A stretch of DNA of 33,831 bases from Raillietiella orientalis (GCA_036172245.1 JAYWIR010000194.1:1-33831), one strand, 5' to 3'. Positions 1 to 11,033 are shown, counted from the stretch's first letter. Made by a program: numbers and translations. Notes: generated from the sequence alone by a model not told the origin.

Positions 1-667
1 AAAATTTAGGTTTCCCCACAAACCAAATGTCGACGAACTCGTCGCCAATTTCGAGCTTGTGGGGAAGCTGTACGCTTTCTCGAAGCGTCACGCGCGCGCC
101 TACTCGCCCATTAAATGCAGCGTTCACTCCGAAGGTGTTGGGCTTTCTCCACATCGCGAAAACGCTTGCGTATTTTTCCAGTTCAGCGCGGATGGAGTTC
201 TCATCCATCCGCACTGTTGTCCCTGTTAGGTGGACCACAATGGAGTCGTCCACCGTGTGTGGGAGTAAATTGCTGCCCTCAAATTCTACGGGCGTGCAGA
301 GTATCTTGTGGGTAAAAGCTGCATTCTTGCAGATGAGCTCCACCAACTGCCCTCCGCTCCGTATAGAGAGGCAAAGAATTTCATGGTCGGCAATGCCCAT
401 CTTTTTGATGGCATTGCCGAACTTTCTCGCCCTTAACGGGGAATATAAATTGCCTACCTTGTACAGGAGGGCCGGATTGTATCCCTCCTGGATGTAGGAT
501 TGGATTTCGGCGGCGACATCGGGCTTTTCCGCCGCTGCCACCGCGCTCCAGGCCCTCGCCGTAGTGGCGGGTTCAGAAGAAGTGGTGGGGCGTGATCCCA
601 CCTCCTTTGGCTTGGGAGACGCGGTCTTCCCGCCTCTTTCACCTGAAACTGCGGCGTTTACAGGCAT
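1..667 (-). CDS. Beta-family ORF1 (gag-like), N-terminal part, open to the window edge
   Basis: Manual translation from ATG at 667: MPVNAAVS...ARAWSAVAAA...GYNPALLYKVGNL...IRSGGQLVELICK...SIVVHLTG...VDIWFVGKPKF. Colinear with the ORF1 copies at 9418-11033 and 17697-19458, where this motif directly precedes the CCHC knuckles. Absent from the ORF track because it has no stop in the window. Confidence 0.85.
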   Translation of the reverse strand, partial: MPVNAAVSGERGGKTASPKPKEVGSRPTTSSEPATTARAWSAVAAAEKPDVAAEIQSYIQEGYNPALLYKVGNLYSPLRARKFGNAIKKMGIADHEILCLSIRSGGQLVELICKNAAFTHKILCTPVEFEGSNLLPHTVDDSIVVHLTGTTVRMDENSIRAELEKYASVFAMWRKPNTFGVNAAFNGRVGARVTLRESVQLPHKLEIGDEFVDIWFVGKPKF

Positions 668-774
668 TTCTTCCTGTCAACGGCCGCGAAACTCACACGA
701 AACACCAGAAAAGAAAAACTCCTTATCCACGGAGCGCACAACAATTGCGTCCGCCGTACACGCGTAGTCAAGCG

Positions 775-835
775 CTAGAAGTGGTCGATGCTGCTGGCCA
801 TTTACTCCGCGTCCCCTAACAAGTTGCGCGTGCAC
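775..835 (-). pseudogene. Short APE endonuclease remnant (SIDH region)
   Basis: Minus strand reads roughly VH(A)RNLLGDAE*MASSIDHF, matching MRARNWFAGEGGIVRSIDHVF (~17100-17165) and VHARNLEAGEPRIERCVDHVY (~24940-25000). Confidence 0.55.
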
Positions 836-1737
836 TAGGACGATCTGAAAAGATCTGTTTGCGAGTTCTGCAGCCGTTTTCCCTTGGGCCTGCTTCCCGT
901 GGCTTTGGGGAAGGCGTGGCCAGCAGCAGAGACTTTCTCCTGACACACCAATTCTCCCGATGCTAGGACGTCCGGTACCTTTCGGAGTACAAGACCAAGA
1001 CCGAGCGCCAGGTCTGGCAGTCCGGAGAGGCTTGTCTGCTCGACGACCAGGGCCTGGAGTGCTCGGGCGCGGCGAAAGTTCGCCGCCTCCTAAAGCGCTA
1101 CTACTCCTCGTTGTATGCTGTGGAGCCGGCGGAACGCAGTCTCTCGGAGCTGTTTCTGCCGGCGGATTCCCCTGCGGTCGACAATGAGGAATGCGCTACT
1201 CTTGATTTGCTCTTGACGGCGGAAGAAGTGTCTTCCTCCATAGCGGGCCTCAAGAATCGAAAGGTGCCAGGTGAGAATGGTCTGCCTGCGAAGATCTACC
1301 ATGCTTCGCGGCGGAACTCTTCCCCCTAGTGCTCAGGGTTTCTGCGCTGATGAGAGTGACGGGCAATGTCCCGGCCTCGTTTCGCTCAGCAAGGGTGCGT
1401 CTCTTGCCGAAAGGCGGACACATGCGCCATTTAAGCAACTGGCGTCGCATCACCTTGGTGAATGCGGACGACAAGTTGTTCTCCAGGCTGTGGGTCGCGC
1501 GCCCAGGTAGGATCGCTGGATCCGTGGTAAGTCCGGAGCAGTCTTACTCTGTTCCCGGGCGGTCCATGGAGGCGAACCGGTTCTTCGCGCGCACGTGGCG
1601 CAAGCTGCAACGGTGCGTTACGCACGACAACCAGGCAACCGCATCTGGGGATGCCGAGACTAGGCGTTGCTGTATTCGGCCTGGGGAAGCGTCGGGTGCC
1701 TTGGAGATCGCTATCGATATCCGCCAGGCGTTCGATT
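836..1737 (+). mobile_element. Alpha-family ORF2 fragment, left half of a split element (linker + RT N-terminal domains up to DIRQAFD)
   Basis: DDLKRSVCEFC...ERQVWQSG...LLDDQG...YYSSLYA...KVPGENGLP...VRLLPKGG...NWRRITLVNADDK...EQ...PGRSM...IDIRQAFD, with frameshifts and stops. Closest to copies at 23821-24720 and 31360-32260. Confidence 0.9.
1722..1737 (+). repeat. Left copy of a candidate target-site duplication (partner 11128-11143)
   Basis: cgccaggcgttcgatt vs cgcaaggcggtcgact, 13/16 identical. The host RT stops at AFD here and resumes at (AV)DCVNH at the partner. Confidence 0.7.
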
Positions 1738-1739
1738 TT

Positions 1740-1766
1740 CACCCGGATTTCGCCGGGACGTTTATT
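1740..1766 (-). terminator. Element 3' end: AATAAA + CCCGG/CCGGG hairpin + GGGTG(AAAA)
   Basis: Minus strand aataaacgtcccggcgaaatccgggtgaaaa; the same motif ends five other alpha/beta copies. Confidence 0.75.
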
Positions 1767-1955
1767 TTAAAATAAACATTCACAAAGACGTGCAGTGACT
1801 GGAGCATTGTTCCAGCCACGCACGAAGAAACACAGAGCCTCATGAGTCACCGGTTCGCGGACCGGCACGGTCCACCACGGCAGCAGAGCCAAGGGGCAAA
1901 AAACGAAAAAACAATAGAAAAAGAAAAGAACAAACAGGGGGGTTACGGGAAGGGA

Positions 1956-4900
1956 TCACAGTTGCTGGTGGGGCCGTTGCATCCTTTGCAGGATGCCCGC
2001 AAGCTCTTGCTGCATGCTTGGATCCAGGTGGGGCAATTGCGACGCGCTCCTTAGGAACTGGGAGGCTGGCTGGATGGCACCCTGGACGCGTTGTCCTCCC
2101 GTATCCTTGCTTCAAGCGGTGACGATCCCGCGAAGACAGCACAAAGCTGCAAACGAAGCCACAGGCCGTAGGGCGTAGGCAACGATGAGGGCTTTCAGAG
2201 TGTCCTTGGGGTTGCCGCAGAGTACTCCGATAGCCGCGGCAAAGCAAAACCCAAGGGGCCGAAGGGCAACACAATCCTTTTGCAGGTGGGGGAGTGACTC
2301 CCGTTTCTTACACCTTACGCGATTGGGGTCCAACGCTCCCCAGGTCCAGTGCTGTCTGCGGGCGTTGCAGGGGAGTCCCCAGTGCTGCAACAGTTAAGCT
2401 GACTATTGCGATTTTAAGGGGAGAGTGGAGGTGTTCATTAGTAACGGGGGCCACTTGAAACGTCCAATGGGAACGTGGAGGAGCGCGCCCCAGCGAAGAA
2501 GTTTATGGGGAGGCGTATTCGGGGTGGCAGCATCAGTCAGCTGACCCATCTTCCACTCTCCTATCTTCTTCTCCTTTCCGGAGATTTTTACTGTAACCTT
2601 CCACTTAGCTGCAACATCGTTGTCCAGATCTTCCATCAGGGAGGGCAGCGCAGCAGGGAGGAGGGTTCTGCCTGCCCACGCTCTCTTCTTTGGATCCTCC
2701 AGGATCTGACGGAACGAGCAACTTCTGTAACCCCAAACAGAAAACTTCGTTCCTCTTGGGAGCGTTCCAGGCCGAACTGTCCCCACGTTCGAACGGTTTC
2801 CTGGAACCAGGCACTACCGTTCAAAGGTCAACAGGTGTCCAATCCTGGGTTTTTCCGGTACAGCGCAGCCAATCTCCGTAGTTGGAGTCCGCATCGGTTG
2901 ACGCGGCGACGGAGTGCAAGAAACGACATCAGTCCCGTCTTCCCGGTGGCTTGCTGGAGAAGAAGACGTGCGGGGACGCACCAACAGGTGCAATACAACT
3001 CTGGAACGAGTGCCGACAATTGGAACTGGAGCTGGAGCTCCAAACGCTCCAGCGTAAGGAGGCCCAGACCACCGTCCCGACGAGGAGCGTACAAGTCCTT
3101 TAAGCGGACTCGGGCCCTCCCGTTGCCCCGAAGGGCGATACGGAGGAGATCCTTTGTCCGCTTTTTAATTCTCTCTGTAGAAGGACAAACAATAAGCAGG
3201 GAACGGAGAAGAGGAGCAGCGAACGTGTTCCAAACCGCGGCGCGTTAAGGCAGGAAAAACCTGCCGCCTCGGAACGGGCCGATCGCCGTCTCCACTTTTT
3301 GGAAGCAGCCGGACCACGCTTCCGCAGGGGAGTAGTCCCCCGACGGCACATCAAGGTACTTGAAGTACCTCACCGTGGAAATCACCAAACGGACCCAGTC
3401 TTGCTGCCCTGCCCACGCCGCACCAACTGGCTTCACAGACGACTTCGCCCTGTTCACCGTAATTCGGGTTCCCCGATACAGCAGGTCGAAGAACTCCTCG
3501 ACCGCTGAAGCCGGGGTGGACATAGGGAGCAGCAGCAGAAGGTCGTCCGCGTATGCTGAAACGGCCGGCGTACCGGCACAGTCGTGCGGCAGGTGCGCCA
3601 GAGTTCCCCTGTACGCTCTCAGTAGCAACTCAACGTAGGTACTGAAGAGCAAGGGGATCAGGCTGTCTCTTGCCGGATCCCACGCCGCACCGGCACGCCG
3701 TGCACGGTCTGCCCGCTCAAAGTAACGTTGATGAGCGCAACGCGCCAGCAGGAGCGCAGATAGGCCATTAATGAGGCCGGGAACGCCAAGCGTTCCAGAA
3801 GCTCCAGAAGGAGATTCTGGTCGACGCAATTGAATGCTTTCCGCAAGTCTATTGCGTCCGCAAGGGCTTCCTCCCACACCCGACCATCCAACCCCTTGCC
3901 GGCGCACGCACCGGAATTCCGGCTGCGCACCATGCTCCTTTCATGCTGGAGCTCTAGCCAGGTGGAAGCGTGGAACAGGTTCGCCTCCATGCTTCGCCCG
4001 GGAACAGCATATGTCTGTTCCAGTCTGATGAAGATCTTGGCAACCCGTCACAGGCGCTCTGCTTAAACCTTTGCTAGCAACTTGGCGTCCGCATTCACTA
4101 CTGTGATGGAACGCCAGTTGTTCATGCTCCTCAGATCTCCTCCTTTAGGGAGGAGCCGCACCTTTGCCGAACGAAACGAGGCAGGAACGTCACATGTTTC
4201 GCGTATCAGCAAGGTGAGTTGCTGTACGAGGGGGGTAAGCTCAGCCGCGAAAGTTAAATATAACTTCGCGGGCAGGCCGTCCTCCCCTGGAGCCTTCCGC
4301 CTCTTGAGCTTTTCGATGGCCGAGAGGATCTCGCCCATCGTGAAAGGCTCGTAGAGGGTCTTTCTCTGCTCCTCCCCGATCGCTGGAGCGTCTTCCGGAA
4401 GCAGGAGTCGTGAGACGTTCCTTTCCGGAGGTGCCCTGGCATACAGGGAGGAGTAGTAACTCCGCAGCAGGCCGCGGATTTGGGCAGATGCCGAGTGCTC
4501 CTGGCCCTGATCGTCCAGTTCGCTGGCCGATCCGGACTGCCAGGCTTGCCTCTCGGCTCCCGCTTTGTTTTCCGGCAGCCTGCGGATGTCGGGGGTCCTG
4601 GCGTAACGACGGGCCTGCAGGTAGGCTCGTTCGTTACGGACCCTGGACCCAAAACCCGTAGGTAGGAGGTGCAGCGGCAACTGGTTGCAGAACTCCTGGA
4701 CCGACCGCTTCAAGCGGTCCCAATCCTGTAGTTACCGCAGCATGAAGCTCCGTATGAACGTGCGGAAATGTTCCGCCGCGTCCGGGAGCTTCAGCCAGTT
4801 TCTTGGGAGACGCCACGCTGACGAGGGGGGCCCCTGTCTCGCGGATGGATCTCGAGGTCTAACGGGCCATGGTCGGACAGCTCGCACGGTAACTTGCCGC

Positions 4901-5405
4901 GCCTGCCCACGCGAGGGCACCGGTGCTCGTCAAGAAACACGTGTTCAATGCTGTCTTCCATCCCCGGTGCACTGGCCAACAAATCACAGGTGTGCACCGC
5001 CATGCACACCTCGTTGACCAGGTCACGCTCGCGATTCTGCCCATCTGGTTACAGTGGAACGTTGAAATCGCTTGCAACCAGATGGGCATTCTGCACGCGT
5101 GCTTCGGTCAGCCAGTCTCGCCGGAGGGCAAGGAAAAACTCTTTCCTCGCCCTCCTGGTCAATCATGTCCGCGCCCCTCGGCGCGCACACGTTCGTCACG
5201 ATCAGGTCGATCGAGTCGGACCAACTGACAGTCAGCTGGCCGACACGACCGTGATCGTCGAACCGCACTCCACGTGCGGCGGCCTCGATGGCGGGCCCAA
5301 GCAGGTAGGCGACACCACACTTTCTCGATGTTCCACACCGATACCACAGCCGCTCTCCGGAGATGCGTTCGATCTCCTCTGCTCGTACAATGCAGACGTG
5401 TTTCC
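1956..5405 (-). pseudogene. Beta ORF2 (APE-RT-Cys/His), disrupted, lacking the first ~30 codons
   Basis: APE: RLWYRCG..KCGVAY, GRVGQL, VTNVCAP, SDF, SIEHVFL, LSDH. RT: KAPGEDGLP, NWRSITVVNADAK, DLRKAFN, RGIRQ.D.L.PLLF, YADD at 3542-3553, YFKYL. C-terminus: HWGLPCN...RCKKRESLPHLQKDC, stop TGA at 1956-1958. Several frameshifts and stops. Confidence 0.92.
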
Positions 5406-5500
5406 GCGTCTATCCGCCCAAACGTTCGGGCAACTTTGTGCCTGCGTTTTCGCTCGCACTTGTGTGTTCCTGTGCAATCTGCCAAGTAGCATAGTGCAAC

Positions 5501-6544
5501 ATGGCCAGTACACAGGTTAGTGTGGAGGAGCAAGCCACTGGATTCACTTCAGCTGCACTTGAAGCGCCCGCATCATCCGTAATGGTTTCCTCGCCCCCAG
5601 TGAGGAGTTACGCCACCGTTACCTCCCAAAGTCCAGGACCCTGCGATGCGGACTTCGAGGCATATGTGTCATCAGGAAACATGCCTGCACTCCGTTATAA
5701 GGTCAGTGGACCCCTTAACGGGAGAATCGGTCGTGAGTTCAATGATGAGCTCGTCCGGATCGGCGTTAGCGAGGAGGAACTCCTTGACATAATGCCTTCA
5801 GACAGGATGGAATATACGAAGATTCGGTGCAAGAATGCAGCACTTGTTCAGCGCCTTCTACGTAAGGCGTTGACCATCAATGGCAAGGAAGTCCTACCTA
5901 CCGCGATGGACGACTCTTTTGTCGTTCAATTGTGCGATATCGAACCGCAAATCTCCGACCGCGATGTCGTAAGTGTGCTGGCGAAGTTCGCCACGGTGCA
6001 CGCTATGTGGAGGAGGCCATATCCTCTAAAGGATTTCCCCTCTGTCCACATTGGACAAGCCTCCCCGCGGATCACCGTCGCGAACAGGCTTGTTGTGCCT
6101 GAGCAGCTGCAGGTGAACGGCACGGTCGTTCACCTCTGGTTCATGGGCCAGACTCGCGCGTGCCAGCAGTGCGGCAAGGATGGGCACCGAATTAAAGAGT
6201 GCCCCTCTCCTAAATGCCGCTATTGCAAAGATTCCGGGCACGAAATCAAAAAATGCCCGGTACTTGAAAGAAAAAGAGCCGCAGCGGAAATTCGTCGGGT
6301 TCAAGAGACCACTGCACGAAAAGCCGCAGCGGCAAATAAAGAACGTCGTCCGCAAAAACTCCCAAAAAACCACGAGCGATCCGCGGATGAAAAGAAAGCA
6401 TTTCCGCCCGCAACGCCCCGAAAGGGGAAATTCACGGCGGGGAAGCCAATTAAAAAGGGGCGCGAGGGTTTGACGCGTGCCGTGCCCTCCCTCCTGCCGA
6501 ACTCGCAGGCACCTCTTGAGCCAGGAACAATGAAATCTCCGTAA
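5501..6544 (+). CDS. Alpha-type ORF1 gag-like nucleic-acid-binding protein with two intact CCHC knuckles
   Basis: 347-aa ORF. CQQCGKDGHRIKEC (6161-6202) and CRYCKDSGHEIKKC (6215-6256), then a basic low-complexity tail. Homologous to 21250-22356 (CKDAALVQRLL, DQSFVV). The element runs ~5406-6756; the stop at 6544 may be premature. Confidence 0.88.
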   Translation: MASTQVSVEEQATGFTSAALEAPASSVMVSSPPVRSYATVTSQSPGPCDADFEAYVSSGNMPALRYKVSGPLNGRIGREFNDELVRIGVSEEELLDIMPSDRMEYTKIRCKNAALVQRLLRKALTINGKEVLPTAMDDSFVVQLCDIEPQISDRDVVSVLAKFATVHAMWRRPYPLKDFPSVHIGQASPRITVANRLVVPEQLQVNGTVVHLWFMGQTRACQQCGKDGHRIKECPSPKCRYCKDSGHEIKKCPVLERKRAAAEIRRVQETTARKAAAANKERRPQKLPKNHERSADEKKAFPPATPRKGKFTAGKPIKKGREGLTRAVPSLLPNSQAPLEPGTMKSP

Positions 6545-6756
6545 CAACCTGCAGGCAAAGGTAGGAAAACAGGAAGATCGCAACAGTGCGAAGACTTCTT
6601 GCCCCGTTCCTTTGTCCCTTCCGAGTTCCGGACAGGCCCACTGCAGCGCAGGCCTCTCTACAAAGGCTACGAAAGCCGTAAAAAGCAGCGTCGCGACGAG
6701 CTAGAGCACGCTGCATGCAGTCGCCCCATCTCCGACTCGGCAGGTTTCCCCAAGTC

Positions 6757-9417
6757 TCACAAGTGGTGGGGTAAGTTTATTTTTCTATAAAAATACAAAA
6801 TTTACATTCGCACTCTCATTCACTCAATACAAACATTTTGCACTTGGGGGTCCTTGGGTTGCACTAGAGTTCTGCTTTTCAGGGGGGAATTCAAGCTGGA
6901 TGGTCCCGGGCGTTGTCCTGGATCCTCTTCAGGATGAATCGGTACGTCCAGGCGTGGATCTTCCCGCAGTTCCTGATGCCGATTTCCCTCTTCAAGAGCC
7001 CTTGTAGGATCTCCATCGGTGGTGCGGCTCTCCTGGCTTTCCTCATTTTCCACCACCGCACAAGTATGGCGGTGATGAATAGGGCTATGGTCGTCCTCAC
7101 CAAGGGATTGTAACAGGGAACATTACCATCCCCATGAAACCTCCCGGCGAGCATCTCCATAACGGACTTGTTGGTAAGTCCTATGATCCTTTTCAGGATC
7201 AGCCAGTCATGTAGCAGTGTGGGACACGTCAAGACGTGAAGTCTCGTGTCGTCGTCGCGACATGCTGCGCAGTCTCGGTCTTCCCGTCTTCCTGTGAAGT
7301 GCTGCAATCGGGACCCACTCTGGATTGCTACGTGATAAAACATCAGGAGGTCCTCCTGGGTGCCCGGCGGAAGGTCACTCCTCCAGAGCGTCGTGCCGAT
7401 CGCTAACAGGTTGAACCGTTCACTCCCGTAGCGTTCGGTGGCTTCCTGGAGGGCACTGGTGTCACGGTCGTTTTCTTGGATAAGCCTTCGGATTTTTGTT
7501 CTGGCTACCCTCGACCATGCGAAGTCGTTGTGGTTGAACCACACTTCGCGGGTCCTGTGGGTTAACCTTCCTAACATCATCTCTATATACCGAAGTATAC
7601 GTGTTTGATGTAGGTAGCCTCCTCGCCTCCACTCCTGGATTTGCAGTAGGATAACTCTGGACCGCTGGTAGATCCAGCTTCTCGTGCCCGGCGGGACAGG
7701 AAGCAACCACAGGATCACCAGGATGGTCTCGCCCTGCCAGATTTCCCTGCTTCGCGGCACGATCTTGATTTGGTGCTTCCGCACCAGCCGTTGCTTCCTC
7801 CTCCAGATTGGGTCGATTTTTCTCCATACGCCTGCTCGGCCTAGCAGCGCAGTCATCAGGCCTTTCGAGTTGTTCAACAACAAGGCGGAGGCCCTGTGCG
7901 CGGCATACGGCCAGTCATCCCAGTGAGTGGCAATGTCCAGGATGTGTCGCGTATCCATGATTTCTATGGAGTGTTCAAGCGACCTCGTCCCGGAACCGCC
8001 TTCTTCCCTGGGACGACACAGAAGTTTTAATCGGACTCTTGGGCGATAGTGGCCCCACAGTGTTTTTCTCTGCAGCTTGTCGTACTCCCTAGTAGTATCC
8101 TTGTTCATCCTCGCGAAGGCCGCCCCGAAGAGCACTTTCGGAAGGAGTACTCCGTTCCATATGTTGGCCTTTCGCTTCATTCCAAGGTCCGTTCGGGTGT
8201 ACTTGGCTGCTTCCTTGGCCGTTTTCCCTAGGATCTCGGTCCACAATAGCTTCGACGCGGAGACGTCGCCAATGTGGACACCCAGGTACTTGGCCTTGTC
8301 CACCGTTCGGAATCCTCTCCCCGCTAGAGTGGAGAGATCGAGGATTCCAACGGGCAAGAGCTGGCTTTTCTGGGAGTTGATCTTTAGACCCAGGCCTTGA
8401 TCCATCAGGTCTACCACATCCAGAAACGCTCGTTGATTTCTCTCTCCGTTGATAAAGATGAGTAGATCATCAGCGTATGCCAGATGGGTAAGACGCTGGT
8501 CATCGATTGTTCTGCCTTGCAGTAGTCCGCTGTTCTCGATAAAGGACGACAACGCCTCCATGTAGATGACGAACAGCATCGGACTTAGCGAATCGCCCTG
8601 CCGGACTGCCCGTTCCATCCGGATTGCTGCCGTCTCCTGGCCGTTGATTTTGATTCGGCAGTACTGGTTCTGGAGTACCACCCTCACGAAGTTGCTGAAG
8701 TGTTCCGGAAGGCCTAGATTCTCCAGAACCTTCAGCAGCATCCCATGGTCGATGGAGTCGAAAGCCTTCTCCATGTCAGTGAACACCAGCGCCAGATTCT
8801 CGTCGACGTATCGGCTGTGTCCGACGGTTGCCTGGGCACACTTGACATTGTCCGACATGTAACGTCCAGGGACTGCACACGTTTGGACCGGAGAGATGAG
8901 CCTCGACATGACCTTCTCTAAGCGGTTGGACCAGATTTTCGCCAACCACTTGGCATCCGAGTTCAGGATCGAGATTGGCCTCCATTGAGCGACCTGCATG
9001 AGGTCGCCTCCTTTTGGCAACAATCTCATCCGACTCTCATAGAGGGACTGTGGAAGTCTTCCTTCTCCACGGATGCAGAGGGTCAACTGGTGGAACAAAC
9101 GCAGGTAGGCATGCAAGTTCCGGTGATAGTGAGTGATGGGTACGCTGTCTGGGCCCGCTGCCACGTCCTTACGTAGTTGACCAAACGCAGTCTTCACCTC
9201 CTCTTCGGAGAATTCCTCCTCCAATCTGTTCCGCTGGAGATCGTCGGTCCTCTTCTCGAGGTAGCTCAGGAAGGCCTATTGACTAGAGCGACAGAGATGT
9301 TGTCGCCTAAAGTGTTTCATGTAATGCCTTTGAAAGGCATCCACGATGTCCTCAGACGACTGTCGCTTTTGACCGTCGTACTGGATGCAGAAGATATCTG
9401 TTGCCAGATTTCTCTTC
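6757..9417 (-). mobile_element. Gamma-family 5'-truncated non-LTR retrotransposon (youngest-looking insertion)
   Basis: Its ORF2 is clearly divergent from alpha/beta. Short AT-rich 3' UTR ending aataaacttaccccaccacttgtga (6781->6757). ORF2-like sequence extends up to ~9417 through one TAG at 9276-9278. Confidence 0.85.
6891..9224 (-). CDS. Reverse transcriptase + C-terminal Cys/His domain of gamma ORF2 (no endonuclease)
   Basis: 777 uninterrupted codons: AAGPDSVP, QWRPISILNSDAK, DMEKAFD, VRQGDSLSPMLF, YADD at 8466-8477, KYLG, EEGG, CAAC...HVLTC. The listed start is an internal TTG, not a native start. Confidence 0.93.
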   Translation of the reverse strand: MEEEFSEEEVKTAFGQLRKDVAAGPDSVPITHYHRNLHAYLRLFHQLTLCIRGEGRLPQSLYESRMRLLPKGGDLMQVAQWRPISILNSDAKWLAKIWSNRLEKVMSRLISPVQTCAVPGRYMSDNVKCAQATVGHSRYVDENLALVFTDMEKAFDSIDHGMLLKVLENLGLPEHFSNFVRVVLQNQYCRIKINGQETAAIRMERAVRQGDSLSPMLFVIYMEALSSFIENSGLLQGRTIDDQRLTHLAYADDLLIFINGERNQRAFLDVVDLMDQGLGLKINSQKSQLLPVGILDLSTLAGRGFRTVDKAKYLGVHIGDVSASKLLWTEILGKTAKEAAKYTRTDLGMKRKANIWNGVLLPKVLFGAAFARMNKDTTREYDKLQRKTLWGHYRPRVRLKLLCRPREEGGSGTRSLEHSIEIMDTRHILDIATHWDDWPYAAHRASALLLNNSKGLMTALLGRAGVWRKIDPIWRRKQRLVRKHQIKIVPRSREIWQGETILVILWLLPVPPGTRSWIYQRSRVILLQIQEWRRGGYLHQTRILRYIEMMLGRLTHRTREVWFNHNDFAWSRVARTKIRRLIQENDRDTSALQEATERYGSERFNLLAIGTTLWRSDLPPGTQEDLLMFYHVAIQSGSRLQHFTGRREDRDCAACRDDDTRLHVLTCPTLLHDWLILKRIIGLTNKSVMEMLAGRFHGDGNVPCYNPLVRTTIALFITAILVRWWKMRKARRAAPPMEILQGLLKREIGIRNCGKIHAWTYRFILKRIQDNARDHPA

Positions 9418-11033
9418 TCAGGGATGTCCATGGGAATTTCGGCCTTTTCAGGCACCTGAGGCACCTGTTCGTCCTCCACCCCCTCCATCCCCTCCGTGTC
9501 CGCGCGTAGGATTCTCTCGGGCGACGGGTCCCGAGAGTTTCCCACGCTCATGGCACCCTCGCTTGCGGAAGCTATCTCTTCCTCTTCGACGGGGGAGACG
9601 AGCTTCCTTGGCTTTGTGGACTTTCTTCCAGCCTTCTTGCGCGGTGCCGTGGAAACGGAGGCTGCGCTTCCGGCCTCCACGTCGAAGTCGGAAGTGGGGG
9701 ACTCCTGAGGGGAGGACGGACGCCTTACGGCCTGCTTGCCAGCCTTGGAGGGTTCTGGCTGCAACGAGGCTGCCAGCTCCTCCGCGGCTCGCGCGAAGGC
9801 TACGTCAGCGATGGTGGTGTCGATGACGGACGCCGGCGCCGGCTCGCTCCCCCCGCTATTGACAGAGTCAACAGAGGGGTTGTCGTCGGTAGCGGCGATT
9901 TCTGTTTCGCAGCGGTCAGGAATACGCTCGACGACAACGCTGCATTCTTTAATTTGCTCGCTTGCCTGCTGTTTTTTCTGGCGGTACGCGAGCTTTTTCT
10001 CCATTCACCTCTCCTTTTTTGATTTTTTGGCCGTAGCCACCTGCCACCCAGGATCCTGGCTTGTTCTTTCGACTTCTTTGGCGTTGTTCGCCAGGGTCTC
10101 GGGTGCGGCCTGGGCCTTGGGCGCGGGTGGCACAGCTTTCGCGGCAGCTTTCGCCGCCAGGATTTTCTGCAGAAGCCGGGCACGTTTTATAAGGTTTCTC
10201 TTGGAAACCACCCGCACTGGTGCTTTATGGCACACCTTCCTCGTGTGTCCCATGGTTCCGCATACTTGGCACTGCACATTGGGACACCTCTTTTTGAGGT
10301 GGCCCGACGTATTTCAGAAGCCACAGTATTTCGGCTTCCCCACATACCAGAGGTCGACGGTTTCGCCTTCGACCACCAGTTTGTAGGGAAGAGTGCAGCC
10401 CTCCCGAACGGTCACGCGCGCAGTAGTAAGGCCGTGTTGCAGCCCCGTGTAGTCCTCGAAAGGACTAACTTTCGTCCAGTGCGCGTGGACCGTTCCGTAT
10501 TCCTACAACGCGGCGCGAACCTGTTCCTTGGGCATCCGCGCGGTAACACCTAACAGGTGGACCACCATGCTGCGATCCGCCGTAATAGGGAGGAGCCTGC
10601 GCGTCGCCATCACCACGGTGGTTTTAAGCATTCGTTGGGCCAGCTCTGCTTGTTTGCAGAGCACCTCAACGTACTGATCCCCGCTGCGGATGGTCATAGC
10701 GCTGAGCTCCTCCTCTTTGACATCGAGAGCGCGCATGCTCTTCGAAAAGGCGCGCACGCTCTCTAAAGAATGAAGGCTGCCTACCTTGTAGAACAATGAG
10801 GGGATATATCCCTCCTCTACATAGGCCGACAATTACGCCGCGGCTGCAGACGATGGCGCCGACACAACGGCGCTTCACGCCCGCGCTGCAGCGATGACCA
10901 ATTCTCTCGGGACGGATGCCCCCTCCTCCATCGCCTATGGGGGTGACGTTGCCGCCGCGCCATGACTCTCCATCGCCTCTGAAGGCGGCGTTTCCGCTGC
11001 CCCCTGGCCATCCCTGGAGGTCGCGTCAGGCAT
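9418..11033 (-). pseudogene. Beta ORF1, disrupted
   Basis: MPDATS...GYIPSLFYKVG...IRSGDQYVEVLCK...VVHLLG...LWYVGKPKYCGF*NTSGHLKKRC...CQVCGTMGHTRKVC...GWQV...MDIPE, with stops and frameshifts. Confidence 0.88.

Noticed and set aside
775..840. Twin-priming 5' inversion of the alpha element
   Set aside because: The geometry is compatible, but ~220 nt would be missing between the pieces, and the remnant fits as well as the continuation of the outer beta host. Not fully excluded.
1740..1766. Recurrent GC hairpin as CRISPR repeat or rho-independent terminator
   Set aside because: Copies are dispersed, not regularly spaced, and always sit at retroelement 3' ends after AATAAA.
2475..3248. Long plus-strand ORFs here and at 4894-5520, 9736-10386, 16033-16611, 17800-18585, 20605-21378
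   Set aside because: Antisense shadows of GC-rich retroelement coding sequence, with no independent motifs.
5501..6544. LTR-retrotransposon or retroviral gag
   Set aside because: No LTRs, primer-binding site, protease or integrase seen; homologous ORFs lie directly upstream of APE.
6891..9224. Bacterial RT system (group II intron, retron, DGR, defence RT)
   Set aside because: Domain-0 GPD motif, WRPIS, QGDSLSP, C-terminal CxxC..H..C, neighbouring APE and CCHC ORF1 sequences and AATAAA ends all indicate eukaryotic non-LTR elements.
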